Source of the DNA: a bacterium
GTDB lineage: Bacteria; Hinthialibacterota; Hinthialibacteria; Hinthialibacterales; Hinthialibacteraceae
Assembly (NCBI GenBank): GCA_041946805.1
Contig: JBHGBC010000010.1
Location: 1 to 64,000 of the forward strand
Reading direction: 5' to 3'
Length of the DNA: 64,000 nt
Shown one piece after another: positions 18,187 to 28,492 of the stretch (position 1 is the stretch's first letter; every line of letters begins with the position of its first letter). The position numbers were made by a program, and so were the translations under genes. The notes beneath the pieces were generated by a model, which saw nothing but the letters and a program-made list of their open reading frames with translations, searched no databases and was not told the DNA's origin.

Positions 18187-21100
18187 GCGTTTTCTCCCCG
18201 TTTCCCCGCACTCTCCGGATTTCCGGGCTGCGCCACCGGGAGCCGGATGGTGAACCGGGTCCCCTCGTTGATCTTGGATTGTACCTGGATTTGCCCGCCG
18301 TGCATCTCCACCAGCTCCTTGACGATGGACAGGCCCAAGCCGGTCCCCCGGGCCATGTCCACCGACCGGGGAATCCGGTAAAAGCGGTCGAAGATGCGAT
18401 TCATTTCCTCCGGACTCATTCCAATCCCCGTGTCCTGGATCTCGATCACAATGCGGGAAGGCTCCGTTTGATAGAGCCGCACGGTCACGCGGCCCCCTTC
18501 CGGGGTGTATTTCAGGGCGTTGCCGATGAATTCGCTCACCACCCGCTCCATTTTCCCCGCGTCGGCTTCCACCAGGAACAAGCCGTCGCCGCATTGCAAT
18601 TCCAGGGCAATCTGCCGCTGCTTGGCCACCAGGCGGTTTTCATGGACAAGATCCTCCATCAGGGTGCGCATGGGAATCACGCATTTGTTCAGAATCATGC
18701 GCCCCGACTCGATACGGGACAGGTCCAGCACATCATTGACCAGGTCGTTCAGCCGGTTGACGGAGCGGTGCGCCCGCTCCACGATGCTCAACTGTTTTTC
18801 GCTCAATCCCCCGCCGACTCCCCGCATCAAAATGTCCAGGCTGCTTTTGATGGTGGTGAGCGGCGTGCGCAAATCGTGGGACGCCTGGGACACGAAGGCG
18901 GTTTTCATTTGGTCCAAATCCCGCAGTTTCTGGTTGGCGAGTTGCAGCTGTTCGTTGGCTTCCTGCATTTGCCGGAAAGTTTTCCGCAATTGATAATGCC
19001 GCGTGGTTGAATATCCGGTGAGCAGAAGGATGATCACGATTCCCGCGATGGCGATATACAAAAATCCACGCTCGTAGTACCACGGCTCCAGCACGGTGAA
19101 ATCGAACACCGCGGGCGTGGGATCGATGTTCCAGTTGCGGTCCATGGCCCTCACCTCCAACCGGTGAGGCCCAAACGACAATCCCGTGAAAGTCTCCAAC
19201 GGCTCTGGAATAAACGGTGACCATTTGCCCCCATCCATCCGGTACGAGAACAACAAACGGTTCGCGCCGGTGTATTTCCATTTGTCGATACCCCCGAAGA
19301 CGATTCGGTAGTCCCCGGCCGGCGGCGCTTCCTTGACGTTCCTTTCCGCGGGGATCAATGTCTCCGGCGGATCTTGATCGGCATCGGGGTGATACAAGCT
19401 CAAACCGCTGGCGGTCCCGGCCCAGATTCTACCCCGGCTATCCTCGAACACCCTGTAAATGGCGGTGTTAGGCAATCCTTCTTCATGAGTGTTGGCAACC
19501 CACGAGCCGTTCCAGTACCTTAACAACCCCACTCCACACGCCACCCAGATGCCGCCATCCCGCCCGAGAATCATGGAACGCACTGAATCCAGGCCGGTGA
19601 GCACTTCCCGCCAGGATTTCCCATCGTATTCCATGATTTTGTCCCGGCCGCCCGTCCAGATTTTGCCGTCACCTAATTCCAGAAAACAAAACGTCCCACG
19701 GTCCGTGTAGCCGTCGCGGCTCGAGAACTGGTGCAACTTCCCCTTGCGGTACAAGCCCAGGCCTTCGGACCGAACCCCGCCCAGCCACAGGTCCCCGTTC
19801 TCCGCTTCGAGCAAATAGCGCAGCTCCCCGAATTTCCACTGATCCTTCAGGTTCGCCACGGGTTGAAAACGCACTCCGTCGTAAATCTCGAGGCCGAAAT
19901 CCCCGGTCCGGGGATCGCTTGTTTGCACCCAGGCGCCTCCCTTTTTCCGGGGACGCAAATACCCGATCTCGAAACCCCGGGGATGGGAAACCCCCTCGTA
20001 ACGCCCGGTGGAGGGATCGAATTCCAGCAGATAAGGCGTATCCGTCCGGATGGCCAGTTTCCCGTTCGGCAGAGGGCACAATCCCGTGGTTTGAAAAATG
20101 AAGGAATAAACATAGGCAGGGAAGGGATATTCTTCCCAGACACCGTTTTCCAAGCACAATAGAGAGGTTCGGTTCAAGAACCAAATCCGCCCGGCGGAAT
20201 CTTCCTCGATCGCATGAAAGGTTTGGTCGTTCCCCGCCGTGGCGGACGGCGTCCGCCAGGTAGGCGGCGCGTAACGCACAACGCCTTGCGACGTGGCGAA
20301 CCAAAACACGCCGCCCGGTTCCAACTCGGCGTTGTAAAACCGTCCGGCCATCACCTCGTTCTTTTCCAAAACGGTCTCTTGGCCACGGACCCGGGCGCTG
20401 AGCAACAATCCCCGTACGGGATTCATCTTGGCCACGAAAAAATAATCGTCCGGACCGGGGAAGCCCATAAGCAACTGGTTATCGTCCTCGTTGACATAGG
20501 CGGTCCGCCATCCGGATGCCGTATGTTCCGCGACCACCCGGCGGCCCAGGGCGGGAGACTCCGCGCTGGAGTACAACGCGCCGTCCGGGGCTTCGGCCAC
20601 ATACACAAAATCCCGCAATCCGGCGCTCTCGGGGCATGGGAAGTCTTCCCAAGGAATACTGGAATCCAATGGGCTTTTCGTTTCCCGCACCCGCGCGATG
20701 CCATGCTCACCCGTGACCCAGATCTCGTGCGCACTGGCGCGGTGCAGCGAGATGAATCGGCCGATATGGGCCGCGTCCGACTGCTTGATCACGGTGGATT
20801 CCTGCCGGCCGGCGTGAAAGGCCATCAAGCGGTCCGGCAACAGAAAAAGAACCTGATCATCCACGCCGGGGAGCAGGTGGACTTCCCCATCCGCTCCGGC
20901 GATTTCCGCCACGGGGAATTCCACCCATTGCTTGCCGATCAGGGTTTGCAAACCTTTGGGGGACATAGCCCAAAATTGACCCGCGGGGCTTTCCTGCACC
21001 GCGGTGTAGGCCCCGGGACTGGGCAGGACATGCACGAAATAGCCGTCCAGCCAGCTGAATTCCCCCACTTCGCCGTGACTGATCAGGATATGGCCCAAGG

Positions 21101-21257
21101 GGCTTCGGTTAATCCCATACGACCAGGACTCCGCCAGGCCATCGGACGCGTTCCAATACCGGAAATGTTGGTTATGAATGTCGCTCCAGGCGGCGTCCGC
21201 CATTCCGGACAGAAGAAGGAGCAACCCCAGCAGCGATCGTTTGACCATCCGCACCAC
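18183..21257 (-). CDS. Sensor histidine kinase with extracytoplasmic beta-propeller and Y_Y_Y-like domain
   Basis: Signal peptide, repeated EDSxGRIW blades, FSYRMDGG...LEVRAMD, one TM helix, SHDLRTPL, GNALKYT, DTGIG, GTGLGL. Confidence 0.92.
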   Translation of the reverse strand: MVRMVKRSLLGLLLLLSGMADAAWSDIHNQHFRYWNASDGLAESWSYGINRSPLGHILISHGEVGEFSWLDGYFVHVLPSPGAYTAVQESPAGQFWAMSPKGLQTLIGKQWVEFPVAEIAGADGEVHLLPGVDDQVLFLLPDRLMAFHAGRQESTVIKQSDAAHIGRFISLHRASAHEIWVTGEHGIARVRETKSPLDSSIPWEDFPCPESAGLRDFVYVAEAPDGALYSSAESPALGRRVVAEHTASGWRTAYVNEDDNQLLMGFPGPDDYFFVAKMNPVRGLLLSARVRGQETVLEKNEVMAGRFYNAELEPGGVFWFATSQGVVRYAPPTWRTPSATAGNDQTFHAIEEDSAGRIWFLNRTSLLCLENGVWEEYPFPAYVYSFIFQTTGLCPLPNGKLAIRTDTPYLLEFDPSTGRYEGVSHPRGFEIGYLRPRKKGGAWVQTSDPRTGDFGLEIYDGVRFQPVANLKDQWKFGELRYLLEAENGDLWLGGVRSEGLGLYRKGKLHQFSSRDGYTDRGTFCFLELGDGKIWTGGRDKIMEYDGKSWREVLTGLDSVRSMILGRDGGIWVACGVGLLRYWNGSWVANTHEEGLPNTAIYRVFEDSRGRIWAGTASGLSLYHPDADQDPPETLIPAERNVKEAPPAGDYRIVFGGIDKWKYTGANRLLFSYRMDGGKWSPFIPEPLETFTGLSFGPHRLEVRAMDRNWNIDPTPAVFDFTVLEPWYYERGFLYIAIAGIVIILLLTGYSTTRHYQLRKTFRQMQEANEQLQLANQKLRDLDQMKTAFVSQASHDLRTPLTTIKSSLDILMRGVGGGLSEKQLSIVERAHRSVNRLNDLVNDVLDLSRIESGRMILNKCVIPMRTLMEDLVHENRLVAKQRQIALELQCGDGLFLVEADAGKMERVVSEFIGNALKYTPEGGRVTVRLYQTEPSRIVIEIQDTGIGMSPEEMNRIFDRFYRIPRSVDMARGTGLGLSIVKELVEMHGGQIQVQSKINEGTRFTIRLPVAQPGNPESAGKRGENA

Positions 21258-21297
21258 TCTCTCGGGGCGAAATTTCAGACCGATTCGATTCTATGTA

Positions 21298-22650
21298 TCA
21301 AATGGCGTAGGGTTCCCGTTGGGGGCGGTCCAGGTATTGATTGGCCTCCGCATCGTTCACGAACACTTCCCGGACCGGGTCCCACTCCAAGGGCCGTTGC
21401 ACCATGCCGAAAATATTGGCGAGATGGCATACGGTGGCCGAGCGTTGGCCGGTCTCGACATCGGTAAGAGGCAAAGACCGGGAGCGGATACAATCCACCC
21501 AGTTTTGCATGTGGTTCTCGCTGACCGGCAGACGAATATCGTTGGCGGCCAAAGGTTCTTTCAGGATATCCTCCGGCGTCGATTTGATCACACTCCGGTT
21601 GACGAAAATCTCGCCTTTGTCTCCTTCGAAGATCATGTCGAAATCGGGCTTGCTTTCGAAACTGAGCACTACGCCGTTTTCGTAAGTCAGCCGGATGTCG
21701 TAATCCGTGTAGGTTTCATAGGCGCCCGGCCGGGTTGAAGCCTGTCCCTCGATTTTCCGTGGACCCGAGCGGTCCATCCCCAGCGCCCATTGCGCGATGT
21801 CCGCGTGATGAGTGCCCAAGTCGGTGATCTGCCCGCCGGAATAATCCCAAAACCAGCGGAAGGTGACGTGACACCGCTGGGGATTGTACGGCACCTTGGG
21901 AGCGGGGCCCAACCAGCGGTCCCAATCCAGGCCGGGCGGGACCGGCGCGTCCGGCAGGGGATCGATGACATTAGTGCCCCGGATCAGGATCCGAATCCGC
22001 TTCAGGGCACCCAGCCGCCCGTTGCGGACATACTCGCACGCGGTCCGGAACAGGGGATCGGAGCGTTGCTGCATCCCGGTTTGGAACACCCGCCCGGTTT
22101 CTTGGACTTTCCGGACGACCGCCCGGCCCTGATTGATGGTCAAGGCCAGCGGCTTCTCACCATAAACATCTTTGCCTGCGTCGAGCGCGTCGATAAATGT
22201 CTTGGCGTGCCAATGATCGGGGACGGCGATCACCACCGCGTCGATGTCTTTCCGGTCCAGCAGGTAACGGTAATCCAGGTACGGATCCGCCCCCCCCGCG
22301 GGTGTGGGCGCGGGCAGGCAGTCCCACCCCTCCGCCTGGACCCAGGCGCGGTCGATCGCGGCCTGGTCGTCCAAAAACTGAAGCCGCTTCATGAGGAACG
22401 AAAGATCCAGGTCAGCCACCGCCGCGATGCGAAAATTGGGATTCCGGTACGTCTGCCGCAGCAATTCGAAGCCCCGCCATCCCAAACCGATATGGCCGAT
22501 CACGATCCGGCCGCTGGGAGGATTTTGTCCCAACACCGCCTGGGGCACGAACACGGGAGCGGTCCCCACGAAGCCCAGGGTGATCGCGGAAGCCCCGGTG
22601 GATTGCAGAAAGGTACGGCGGGAGGTTTTGTGGATTTGAGTCATCGTCAT
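21298..22650 (-). CDS. Tat-exported Gfo/Idh/MocA oxidoreductase
   Basis: SRRTFL twin-arginine motif; GLGWRG, PDHWH, EKPL, DLGTHHAD. Confidence 0.92.
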   Translation of the reverse strand: MTMTQIHKTSRRTFLQSTGASAITLGFVGTAPVFVPQAVLGQNPPSGRIVIGHIGLGWRGFELLRQTYRNPNFRIAAVADLDLSFLMKRLQFLDDQAAIDRAWVQAEGWDCLPAPTPAGGADPYLDYRYLLDRKDIDAVVIAVPDHWHAKTFIDALDAGKDVYGEKPLALTINQGRAVVRKVQETGRVFQTGMQQRSDPLFRTACEYVRNGRLGALKRIRILIRGTNVIDPLPDAPVPPGLDWDRWLGPAPKVPYNPQRCHVTFRWFWDYSGGQITDLGTHHADIAQWALGMDRSGPRKIEGQASTRPGAYETYTDYDIRLTYENGVVLSFESKPDFDMIFEGDKGEIFVNRSVIKSTPEDILKEPLAANDIRLPVSENHMQNWVDCIRSRSLPLTDVETGQRSATVCHLANIFGMVQRPLEWDPVREVFVNDAEANQYLDRPQREPYAI

Positions 22651-22906
22651 TCAACCCCTTTCCAGGTTCTGGAATAACGCGATGAGCGCATCATCATCCT
22701 TATTATCCAACAGTTTGACAAGGATGTCACCATTGTTCTTATCGGTTGGGCATGTAGAGCATCCCATGACCCTTGCGAGGTCAAATCGGAATTATTTTAA
22801 TGTACCAAATGTAGGGGATGATGGTTAATGGTTCGAGTGATCCGGTGGATTGTCTATCCATCGCGATGTTCCTTTGGAGGCTGGAGCGGCAAAAAGTCAC
22901 TGAATG

Positions 22907-22963
22907 GTGGTTCAGACATCTTGTCTGCACAAAATCGGGTGGCAGGCGGGACGCCTGCACTAC
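22907..22963. repeat. Inverted pair of GTAG-type REPs
   Basis: GTGGTTCAGACATCTTGTCTGCAC facing GCAGGCGGGACGCCTGCACTAC; related degenerate copy near 59233-59260. Confidence 0.65.
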
Positions 22964-23217
22964 AATATAATATATGGAGCGTCTCAGTATCATTTTCTCT
23001 TTTTGCCACTTCGTCTTTGGATGACTCAAAAGCGCCGTTTCCGATTCGGCGCGAGCTTGTCCGGGGGGGATTCTATTGTATTTAATTCTTTATTCATTAA
23101 TATTAACGATTTAAATGCCCTCGTTGACCTGAGAGCGGTTCGGCTTTCCGGTTTATTACGGCCTGCCTGGAGACGAAGGGCGGGGAAAACGCGGGGTTGA
23201 GTATAGGATTTCAACTC

Positions 23218-25452
23218 ATGGCAATCATGCAAAAGCCGGAAGCCCAATTGATCAAGTCTCTGCGGCGGCTGGGCGTTCACGATCAAGCCTGTCTGATTTA
23301 TCAGGACACGCACGAACAACTGGCCACGGTCATACCGTTTCTCCAGGTCGGTTTGGAGCGGGGGGAACAGTGCGTCTATCTCACGGACGAAAATTCTCCC
23401 GACACCATAATCAACGAGCTGCGGGGCAGTGAGATCGACATCGGCCGTAGTCTGGTTTCCCAGTCGATTCTCATCACCCGGATCGATACGTTTCTGACCC
23501 AGGGCGGCGGCGTCCGCCCCGGGGCGGATTCCATCCTGCGCCACGTTTCGGATGTGTTCGGCCAGACGGTCGAAACCGCCAAAAGCAAGGGATTTTCCGC
23601 GGTGCGGTTCGCCATCGAAATGACCTGGATTCTGAACCGCGATTACGGAGTCATGCGCATCCGGGAGACCATCGCCCATCTTCTGCATTTCCTCGCCACG
23701 CATGACGCGCTGGGTTTGGCTCAATACCACCGGAACAAGTTCGATCCGGAAATCATTTTGGATGTCATCTACACGCACCCCATCGTGATCACGAACGGTT
23801 GGGTGTGCCAGAATTTCTACCTGATCCCCCCGGGGGATTTCGTGGCCCCCGATCCCGTTTCGCGGGAAGTGGACCGCGTCTTGAAGAACCTCTGCGACCA
23901 GCAGCGGATTCTGGAAAATCTTCTCAAAAGCGAGGAAAAATACCGGTTGCTCCTGGAGCGGCAGACCGATCTGGTCTGCGGTTTCAATCCCGACGGCACG
24001 CTGACCTTTGTCAACAGAGCTTATTGCGATTATTTCAAGAGGAAAAAAGACGATCTCATCGGGGCGAATTTCATGACATTTATTCCCGATGAGGACCGGC
24101 GCCGATTACGCGAGCATCTCAGCCGGTTCAGTCCCGCCAATCCCATTCAGACCATTCAGCACACCACCGTCCTGCCGGACGGCCAAGTCCGCTGGCAGCA
24201 TTGGATCGACCAGGCGATTTTCGACCGGGACGGAATGCTCATCGAATTCCAGTCCGTCGGCCGGGATATCACCGAACGCAAGCAGGCGGAAGAGGCGCTG
24301 CAAGAAAGCGAAACCAAGTACCGCACCCTGTTCGAATCCTCCAACGACGCCATCTTTCTCATCCAGGACGGCCGTTTCGTGGATTGCAACTCGCGGGCGG
24401 AGGAATTGTTCAACCAGCCGCGGAAAGCCATCCTGGGCCAAACCCCTGCGGCGTTTTCGCCTCCGGTCCAACAGGATGGCGCGTCCTCGCACGAACTCTC
24501 TCACCAATATTTGCAGAACGCCCTGAATAACATCCCTCAATTTTTTGAATGGCGGCATGTGCGCCCCGATAACACCAGTTTCGATGTGGAAGTCAATCTG
24601 AAACGCATCCAGTTCCACGGGCAAGACTTCATCCAAGCCATTGTCCGGGATATTACCGAACGCAAACGCAATGAAGAGGTTCGGAACCGCCTGCAATCCC
24701 AACTGCTTCACGCCCAGAAATTCGAAAGCCTCGGAGTGCTCGCGGGGGGCATCGCCCACGATTTCAACAACCTCCTGACCACCATCCTCGGCAACGCCGG
24801 CATGATCATGCGCAGCCTGCCCGCCGACTCGCCGGTCCGCAAGTACGCCAAGGATATCGAAACCGCCTCGCTCCGCGCCTCCGAACTCACCAGCCAGCTC
24901 CTGGCGTACGCGGGGAAGGGCCGGTTCGTCCTGAAACCGCTTCATATGTCCAGCCTGATCCAAGACATGGTTCACTTGATCGAGATTTCGGTGACGCGCC
25001 ATGTGACATTGCAGTACAACCTGGCCTCGCTTCTCCCCGCCATCCGCGCTGACGCCGGCCTGATCCGGCAAGTCGTGGTGAGCCTGGTGACCAATGCCTC
25101 CGAGGCGACCGGCGAAAAGGGCGGCCGGATCCGGATCCGCACCGGCGTTTTCCATTCCACGAACGAAAACCGCTCCAAGATCTTTCTGGGCGAGGATTTA
25201 ACCGACGGGGAGTACGTCTTTTTGGAAGTCGCCGACACCGGATGCGGCATGGACGCGGAAACCCAGGCGAAGATTTTCGATCCGTTTTTCTCGACCAAGT
25301 TTACGGGACGCGGCCTGGGACTGGCGGCAGTGCTGGGAATCGTTCGCGGACACGGAGGTTCGATTCAGGTCCAAAGCCAGCCCGGCGAGGGATCCCGCTT
25401 CACGATCCTGTTCCCCGCCGCCGGAGAGGCGCGCGCCATGGAGTCCGGGTGA
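23218..25452 (+). CDS. Cytoplasmic MEDS-PAS-PAS histidine kinase
   Basis: HDQACLIY...GLERGEQCVY...THPIVI (MEDS-like), two PAS/PAC domains, AHDFNNLL, DTGCGM, FFSTK, GLGL. Confidence 0.88.
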   Translation: MAIMQKPEAQLIKSLRRLGVHDQACLIYQDTHEQLATVIPFLQVGLERGEQCVYLTDENSPDTIINELRGSEIDIGRSLVSQSILITRIDTFLTQGGGVRPGADSILRHVSDVFGQTVETAKSKGFSAVRFAIEMTWILNRDYGVMRIRETIAHLLHFLATHDALGLAQYHRNKFDPEIILDVIYTHPIVITNGWVCQNFYLIPPGDFVAPDPVSREVDRVLKNLCDQQRILENLLKSEEKYRLLLERQTDLVCGFNPDGTLTFVNRAYCDYFKRKKDDLIGANFMTFIPDEDRRRLREHLSRFSPANPIQTIQHTTVLPDGQVRWQHWIDQAIFDRDGMLIEFQSVGRDITERKQAEEALQESETKYRTLFESSNDAIFLIQDGRFVDCNSRAEELFNQPRKAILGQTPAAFSPPVQQDGASSHELSHQYLQNALNNIPQFFEWRHVRPDNTSFDVEVNLKRIQFHGQDFIQAIVRDITERKRNEEVRNRLQSQLLHAQKFESLGVLAGGIAHDFNNLLTTILGNAGMIMRSLPADSPVRKYAKDIETASLRASELTSQLLAYAGKGRFVLKPLHMSSLIQDMVHLIEISVTRHVTLQYNLASLLPAIRADAGLIRQVVVSLVTNASEATGEKGGRIRIRTGVFHSTNENRSKIFLGEDLTDGEYVFLEVADTGCGMDAETQAKIFDPFFSTKFTGRGLGLAAVLGIVRGHGGSIQVQSQPGEGSRFTILFPAAGEARAMESG

Positions 25453-25624
25453 TGCCCCGTCCACCCGGAATAATTAGACCAGTCCACCTGGAATAATCCC
25501 GCCGAGGTTTTTCCCGCCCCTGATTGCCAATCTCCGGGATTTGCTTTATCATGAACCACCGATCCAGAACCAAGAGGGCAGCTTAACCACCCCGCTTGGA
25601 GCCACCTTGATGGAGGTCTTCACC

Positions 25625-26677
25625 ATGTATTCTTCCAATCGTCGAACGTTTCTCAAATCCGCCCTGGCCGGGGGGATGGCCGCTGCCTGGGGTATGCCGG
25701 GCGCCCGTTCCGCCATGGGCGCTTCTGAATCCGCGGCGGGACCGGGCGCCAGCCGCGTCGCGCTCATGGCCGGCGGCAACCGCATGGAAAACATTATCAA
25801 CGCCTTGAAGCCTTTCGCCGGCGAGATCAAGACGGCGATCGGCAACCGTCCCGTGGTGATCAAGCCCAACAACGTTTCCATCACCACGCCGTTGTGCGCC
25901 TCCCATGCCGATTGCCTGGCCGGCATCCTGGAGTTTCTACAATCCATCGGCAAGACCGATAAAGTCTGCATCGCCGAATCGGCGGCCAGCGGCCCCACTT
26001 TTGAAGGCTTCGATAATTACGGCTATTTCGAGCTGAAGAAGAAATACACGGTGGACTTCGTGGACCTGGATGAACAGCCCGTCGATACCGTGTATACGGT
26101 CAGCGACGAGGATTTTCACCCGCACGCGGTCCGCATGTCGCGCCTGCTGCTCGATCCCGAAACGTTCGTCATTTCCTCCGCCGTCATGAAGACTCACGAC
26201 CGCGTGGTGGCCACGCTATCGCTCAAGAACATCGTGTTCGGCGCGCCGATCAAGGACAAGGGATTCCGCTGGGGGCCGGGCAGCACGCGCGGGGCCCGGA
26301 ATGACAAGCCCATCAATCACGGCGGCGGATACAAGGGCGTGAATTACAGCCTCTTCGCCAACGCGCCCCGCCTGCATCCCGATTTGGCGGTGATTGACGG
26401 TTTCGAGGGCATGGAAGGCAACGGGCCGGTCGGAGGCACACCGGTCGATCACAAAGTGGCGGTGGCCAGCCTGGACTGGCTCGCCGCGGACCGCACGGCC
26501 GTGGAATTGATGGGCATCGACTTCGGCAACATCGGCTACCTGAACTATTGCGCCCAGGCGGGTATGGGGCAGGCCGATCTGAGCAAGATCGAAATCATCG
26601 GCGAACGCGTTCAGGACCATGTGAAGAAATACAAACTGCATGACGATTTCGAAAAGCAGTTGATCTGGAAAGCGTAA
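25625..26677 (+). CDS. Tat-exported DUF362-family protein
   Basis: NRRTFLK; VVIKPN, KTHDRVVATLSLKN, IDGFEGMEGNGP, AAD. Confidence 0.85.
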   Translation: MYSSNRRTFLKSALAGGMAAAWGMPGARSAMGASESAAGPGASRVALMAGGNRMENIINALKPFAGEIKTAIGNRPVVIKPNNVSITTPLCASHADCLAGILEFLQSIGKTDKVCIAESAASGPTFEGFDNYGYFELKKKYTVDFVDLDEQPVDTVYTVSDEDFHPHAVRMSRLLLDPETFVISSAVMKTHDRVVATLSLKNIVFGAPIKDKGFRWGPGSTRGARNDKPINHGGGYKGVNYSLFANAPRLHPDLAVIDGFEGMEGNGPVGGTPVDHKVAVASLDWLAADRTAVELMGIDFGNIGYLNYCAQAGMGQADLSKIEIIGERVQDHVKKYKLHDDFEKQLIWKA

Positions 26678-26751
26678 CGGGAACCGGTTTGGGTGAGGAT
26701 GTTTTGCCTCATTAGGTTCCGAGGAGTTTTTCCGAGGCAGATCATATAAAT

Positions 26752-26915
26752 GGATTAATCGATTGTCCGAAACGCCAATTTGGCGCCCTTTCCGGACTTT
26801 CCCTCACCCTGGCCCTCTCCCAGAGGGAGAGGGGATTCTGGATGGTTCTCTCTCACCCGTCGAATCGATGTCCGGCCAGGCTGCCGGAAAAATGGGCGCA
26901 TTGATCCGATCAACC
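26752..26915 (+). mobile_element. Degenerate short variant of the composite element
   Basis: GGATTAATCG...CCCTCACCCTGGCCCTCTCCCAGAGGGAGAGGG...CCGATCAACC; right arm aligns with 32000-32103 and the reverse complement of 16034-16147. Confidence 0.6.
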
Positions 26916-26935
26916 AAAATACGGATAACTAAAAC

Positions 26936-26972
26936 AAAAAGGGGCACGTGGAAATGTGCCCCTCACTTTTTT
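26936..26972. terminator. Bidirectional intrinsic terminator
   Basis: A5-GGGGCAC-loop-GTGCCCC-TCAC-T6 between convergent genes. Confidence 0.75.
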
Positions 26973-27025
26973 GTGCCTCTCAATTTTTGTGTCTGCAATG
27001 AATCTTCTGCCGAATTCCGAGGTAT

Positions 27026-28180
27026 TTACTTGAACGGAATGATGCGGATGTCGTCCCAATAGGTGTCCATTTGGATGCCGGCGTGGATTTGAAACGCGAA
27101 GATGCCCTTCAACCGCGTGGGATCGCTGTGTTCCACGGTTTTCTTGCCGTTGATGAACAATTCCACCTTGGGACCGATGGCGGTGATTTCGTACGTATTC
27201 CAGCCTTCCCAGTCAATGATCTGGCTGGCGTCGAACGACGGCTTGGCGGTCACTCCTTTTTCGCTTTGGTCATACAGATGGCCGTTGATCCAGTCGCTGC
27301 CCGAGGCCAGGTCGGCCTGGAAGCCGTGCACCATGCCCATCTCTTCCGATTCCACCAGCCAACTGCGGAACTGAATCCCCGAGTTGCCGGTGGCCATCTT
27401 GAAGCGCGTGGAGAAATGGAAATCGCTGTACTCCTGATCGGAGATCAGCCAACCGTATTTGCCGCCTTTGGATTTGCCATGAATCACGCCCTCCTCCACC
27501 GCCCAGGCGGCGTCCCCCACGGGCTTCCAATGGGTCAGGTCCTGGCCGTTGAACAGGGAAACCCAGTCCTGATGATTTGGAATCTCCAGGATCCGGATAT
27601 CGCTCCACTGCATGGCGCCGCCTTCGCCCGGAGCCATCTGTAAAGCGATCAGACCGGTTTTCTCACCCTTGGGATCCTTGGCATCCACCGTTTGAATTCC
27701 ATTGACGTAGATTTGGATGTGATCCCCGATGGCGGATATTTCATAGGTGTTCCACTGCCCCTTTTTGAACACGGCGTCGGCCTTCACCTTGGTTTCCATG
27801 ATCAATCCCCGGGCGTTTTCTTCCAGCAACGAACCGGTAGCCGTGGGACGGCTGGGATCGAGATTGCATTGGTAGCCGATCATCTTGTCCCCCTCCAGCC
27901 GGCTGCGGATCTGGAGACCGCTGTTGCCGCCCTTCCATTGGAAGCGGGCCTGCACCACGAAATCCGAATAGGTTCCGTCGGCGATCAGCCAGCCCATTTC
28001 CTTGCCCGTGGCTTTCACGTGCATGACGCCATCCGCCGCTTTCCATTCCTGGTCCCCGGCCGTTTTCCAGCCATCCAGATTTTGCCCGTTGAACAGCGAT
28101 TTCCAACCGTCCGCCATGGCCCCCGGCGTCAGCGTCACCAGAACCAGCGCGATCCACGCTCCCCAGCGAAGTTGTTTCAT
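27026..28180 (-). CDS. Secreted tandem DUF1080 (3-keto-disaccharide hydrolase family) protein
   Basis: Sec signal; two repeats of SLFNGQxL..W, GNSGxQxRS, WNTYEIxAIG, LQ/FQIH. Confidence 0.9.
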   Translation of the reverse strand: MKQLRWGAWIALVLVTLTPGAMADGWKSLFNGQNLDGWKTAGDQEWKAADGVMHVKATGKEMGWLIADGTYSDFVVQARFQWKGGNSGLQIRSRLEGDKMIGYQCNLDPSRPTATGSLLEENARGLIMETKVKADAVFKKGQWNTYEISAIGDHIQIYVNGIQTVDAKDPKGEKTGLIALQMAPGEGGAMQWSDIRILEIPNHQDWVSLFNGQDLTHWKPVGDAAWAVEEGVIHGKSKGGKYGWLISDQEYSDFHFSTRFKMATGNSGIQFRSWLVESEEMGMVHGFQADLASGSDWINGHLYDQSEKGVTAKPSFDASQIIDWEGWNTYEITAIGPKVELFINGKKTVEHSDPTRLKGIFAFQIHAGIQMDTYWDDIRIIPFK

Positions 28181-28492
28181 GGTTTCTCTCCCTTGATTGG
28201 ATTGAGTGGGTCTTGGGATACGATGCGCGGCCCACGGCCTGAAATCATACTATGGCCCGCGGCCTTTTTTCAATCTATACCGGCCGGGAAAGCCGGATAA
28301 CGTTCGGGAGAAACATTGACACTGCCCCGCGATCGGGTGAATGATAATCGGATGGAACGTCCCGTGATTGATCCGGGGAAAGCGTTCCATGTGGAACAGT
28401 CAAATCCTTTACATGGCCCGGCGGATAGTTGAAACTGAAATCAAGCGAACCGGGATCCCGGATAGATCCGTAACCGAGGGGAGAGGAATCGT

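Noticed and set aside
28316..28348. sigma70 promoter TTGACA...GATAAT (similarly near 13710)
   Set aside because: The spacing (21 bp here, 12 bp at 13710) does not fit the 16-18 bp rule.
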